Below are positions 62,501 through 64,000 of a DNA stretch of 64,000 nucleotides, in pieces. Made by a program: the position numbers and the translations under genes. Position 1 is the stretch's first letter. Each line of letters opens with the position of its first letter. This DNA comes from Macrostomum lignano. Lineage: Eukaryota. The DNA lies in NCBI GenBank assembly GCA_002269645.1, contig NIVC01000323.1, forward strand, positions 290,092 through 354,091. Reading direction: 5' to 3'. The notes under the pieces were generated by a model, which worked only from the letters and a program-made list of their open reading frames with translations, was not told where the DNA came from and ran no database searches.

Positions 62501-62729
62501 AACCAAAAAATGCAGCTCTTTTGGCAGCATTGATGCAGCATGTGTCCCTGTTTGATTGGTCATTGATTTGTGGAACGAGTAACTTGACGTCTTCAAAGCG
62601 ACCCTTGCGTACAGCAGTGCAAATGTCCTGATGGATGTCAGATAAGTGCCCTTCGGTTGCAGCACCTCGAGCAGTTGGCGTGATGTTGTCTATGGTGATG
62701 CGCTGATGGCGACTTTGACTTTGACCCAT
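55815..62729 (-). CDS. ANK-cGLR copy 4 (~1660 aa, in frame; 12 N-terminal repeats; duplicated C-terminal module)
   Basis: Exons 62729-60751, 60676-60635, 59593-59250 and 58432-55815 in phases 2, 2, 1; total 4983 nt. Confidence 0.8.
59684..60589. mobile_element. Solo LTR (906 bp) in an intron of copy 4
   Basis: TGT...ACA termini and 4-bp TSD CTCA (59680-59683, 60590-60593); the empty site matches copy 1 (AAGCTCAACCCAAGG). Confidence 0.8.
60751..62729 (-). CDS. Copy 4 ankyrin exon: 12 atypical 33-aa repeats, one partial repeat and canonical ANK repeats
   Basis: FEIVKFLV.QINDQSNRDTCCI.AA..AA..G repeats at 99-bp periodicity. Confidence 0.9.
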
Positions 62730-63523
62730 TGTTCTTAGGAGCCTGTTGGATGAGAAAGGTTGAGAATGGGAGAAGAAAAGAGAAAGAGACGTAGGGAGAA
62801 AGAGGGCGATAAAGTGGGGAGGGAGAAATAGGCAAAGGAAAAGATGGTAGGAAAGGAGAAAGAGGGGGAGAAAGAAAGGAAAGGCGGTAGAGGGAGGGAA
62901 CAGAAATGCAGCTTTGCGGTTGTAAATGTTTTAAGCGAATTTTAAAGAGACGTTGTGAACCTTACCTGTGACACGGACCCTTGAGTAGTAGAAGGTCTGG
63001 ACAAGAAACAGAAAAGGAAAATTTTAATTAGCGTACGACATACGGCCAAGGCCAAAACGAATGAGTGGGTAGCATTTTCCCTCTGTCCCGGACCCAGAGC
63101 TCTCTCTCCCCTTACTTTGAGACTGTTCAAGCTAGGAATTCGTTCCTCTGGTCTTTATGTGGGTGGGGTAGGGAAGAGACAAAGTACCTGTTCAGTGCTT
63201 CAGCTTCATTTTTGTGCGCTTCGGAACCAAGTCTTTGTTAAGAGCAAGTGCATACAAGGTTTCTAGCCTAGGGATTACAGTGTACAGATTGGGCTTCGTG
63301 TGACTCAACCCTAGCATGTCCGTACATATCCCACTCTTCTTTCTTTTTGTTCTTGAATGTACTCTCTCATTCTTCCCGTCCTCATATTAAATACAGGAAG
63401 AAAATGGTAGGAATATAGTTTTCCTACAAAACCTGCTATCCTGCAATCTCAATCTACCTTACTGATTCAAGTTTTTACTTCACCAATCCTATATACTAAA
63501 ATCGTTTCTATTACTAAAAGAAC

Positions 63524-64000
63524 ATGGATTACAAGTGTCGTGCATTTGGCTGCACAAGTGGCTACAAAATCATTCGCAACAAGTCGAGACTAAGGTGACA
63601 TTTCATTCTTTTCAAGCTTTATGGTTGAAAGCCACCCAAGAAAAGATTTTGTTCCTTCTAAGCACTCGAGGATGTGCTCCCTGCATTTTGTGCACCAGTG
63701 ACTTCATCGAGGAACATTCCGACAGCAATTTTCGCAGATCGAAGAACTTTGAAACGAACAAGCTGACGAAAGGTATTTAAAGAAGGACGCAGTACCAACT
63801 ATCTTTCCTAATGCACCGGCTTATCTGTCCTCAAAGCCAGCCGCTGTTCGACACTCCGCTTCGATTGCAACTGTCTCCGGTCGCCTAAACAAGGAAGTTC
63901 AACGCTTAAAAGCCATGGAAGAGGCATTTGAAGATGACGATAACATCAGCTCTCTGAGTCTGGCGGAGGTGAAAGGTCGACTGGATGAGAAGAGCAAAAA
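63524..64000 (+). pseudogene. Frameshifted THAP (C2CH) domain, probably the N-terminus of a P-element-like transposase; runs off the window
   Basis: MDYKCRAFGC...VTFHSF...RKDFVPSKHSRMCSLHF...YLKKDAVPTIFP, spread over several frames. Confidence 0.75.

Noticed and set aside
61529-62665. 378-aa ORF overlapping the copy 4 ankyrin exon
   Set aside because: It is an alternative-frame shadow of the 99-bp repeat.

Overview
Eukaryotic (metazoan) genomic DNA with short GT-AG introns and dense repeats. It resembles the flatworm Macrostomum lignano, but the species cannot be verified from sequence alone. Bases 1-16.5k hold the last two exons of a guanylyl cyclase, an intronless PAN + C-type lectin gene, transposon remnants (RTE LINEs, Gypsy, Tc1, MITE) and minisatellites. 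Bases 16.5-63k hold four tandem minus-strand copies of one gene. The ORF track splits each copy into an ankyrin ORF and Mab-21 ORFs, but conserved splice sites in matching phase join them into a single protein: ankyrin-repeat N-terminus, micro-exon linker, cGAS-like (Mab-21/cGLR) nucleotidyltransferase with intact GS, DxD and D residues, and a helical C-terminus. The N-terminal 33-aa repeats number 5, 7, 7 and 12 across the copies and vary most at ligand-facing positions, which suggests a diversifying innate-immune receptor array. Copies 1 and 4 are in frame, while copies 2 and 3 each carry one 1-bp frameshift. The spacers share an ordered cassette of independently expanding satellites. A frameshifted THAP-domain remnant ends the window.
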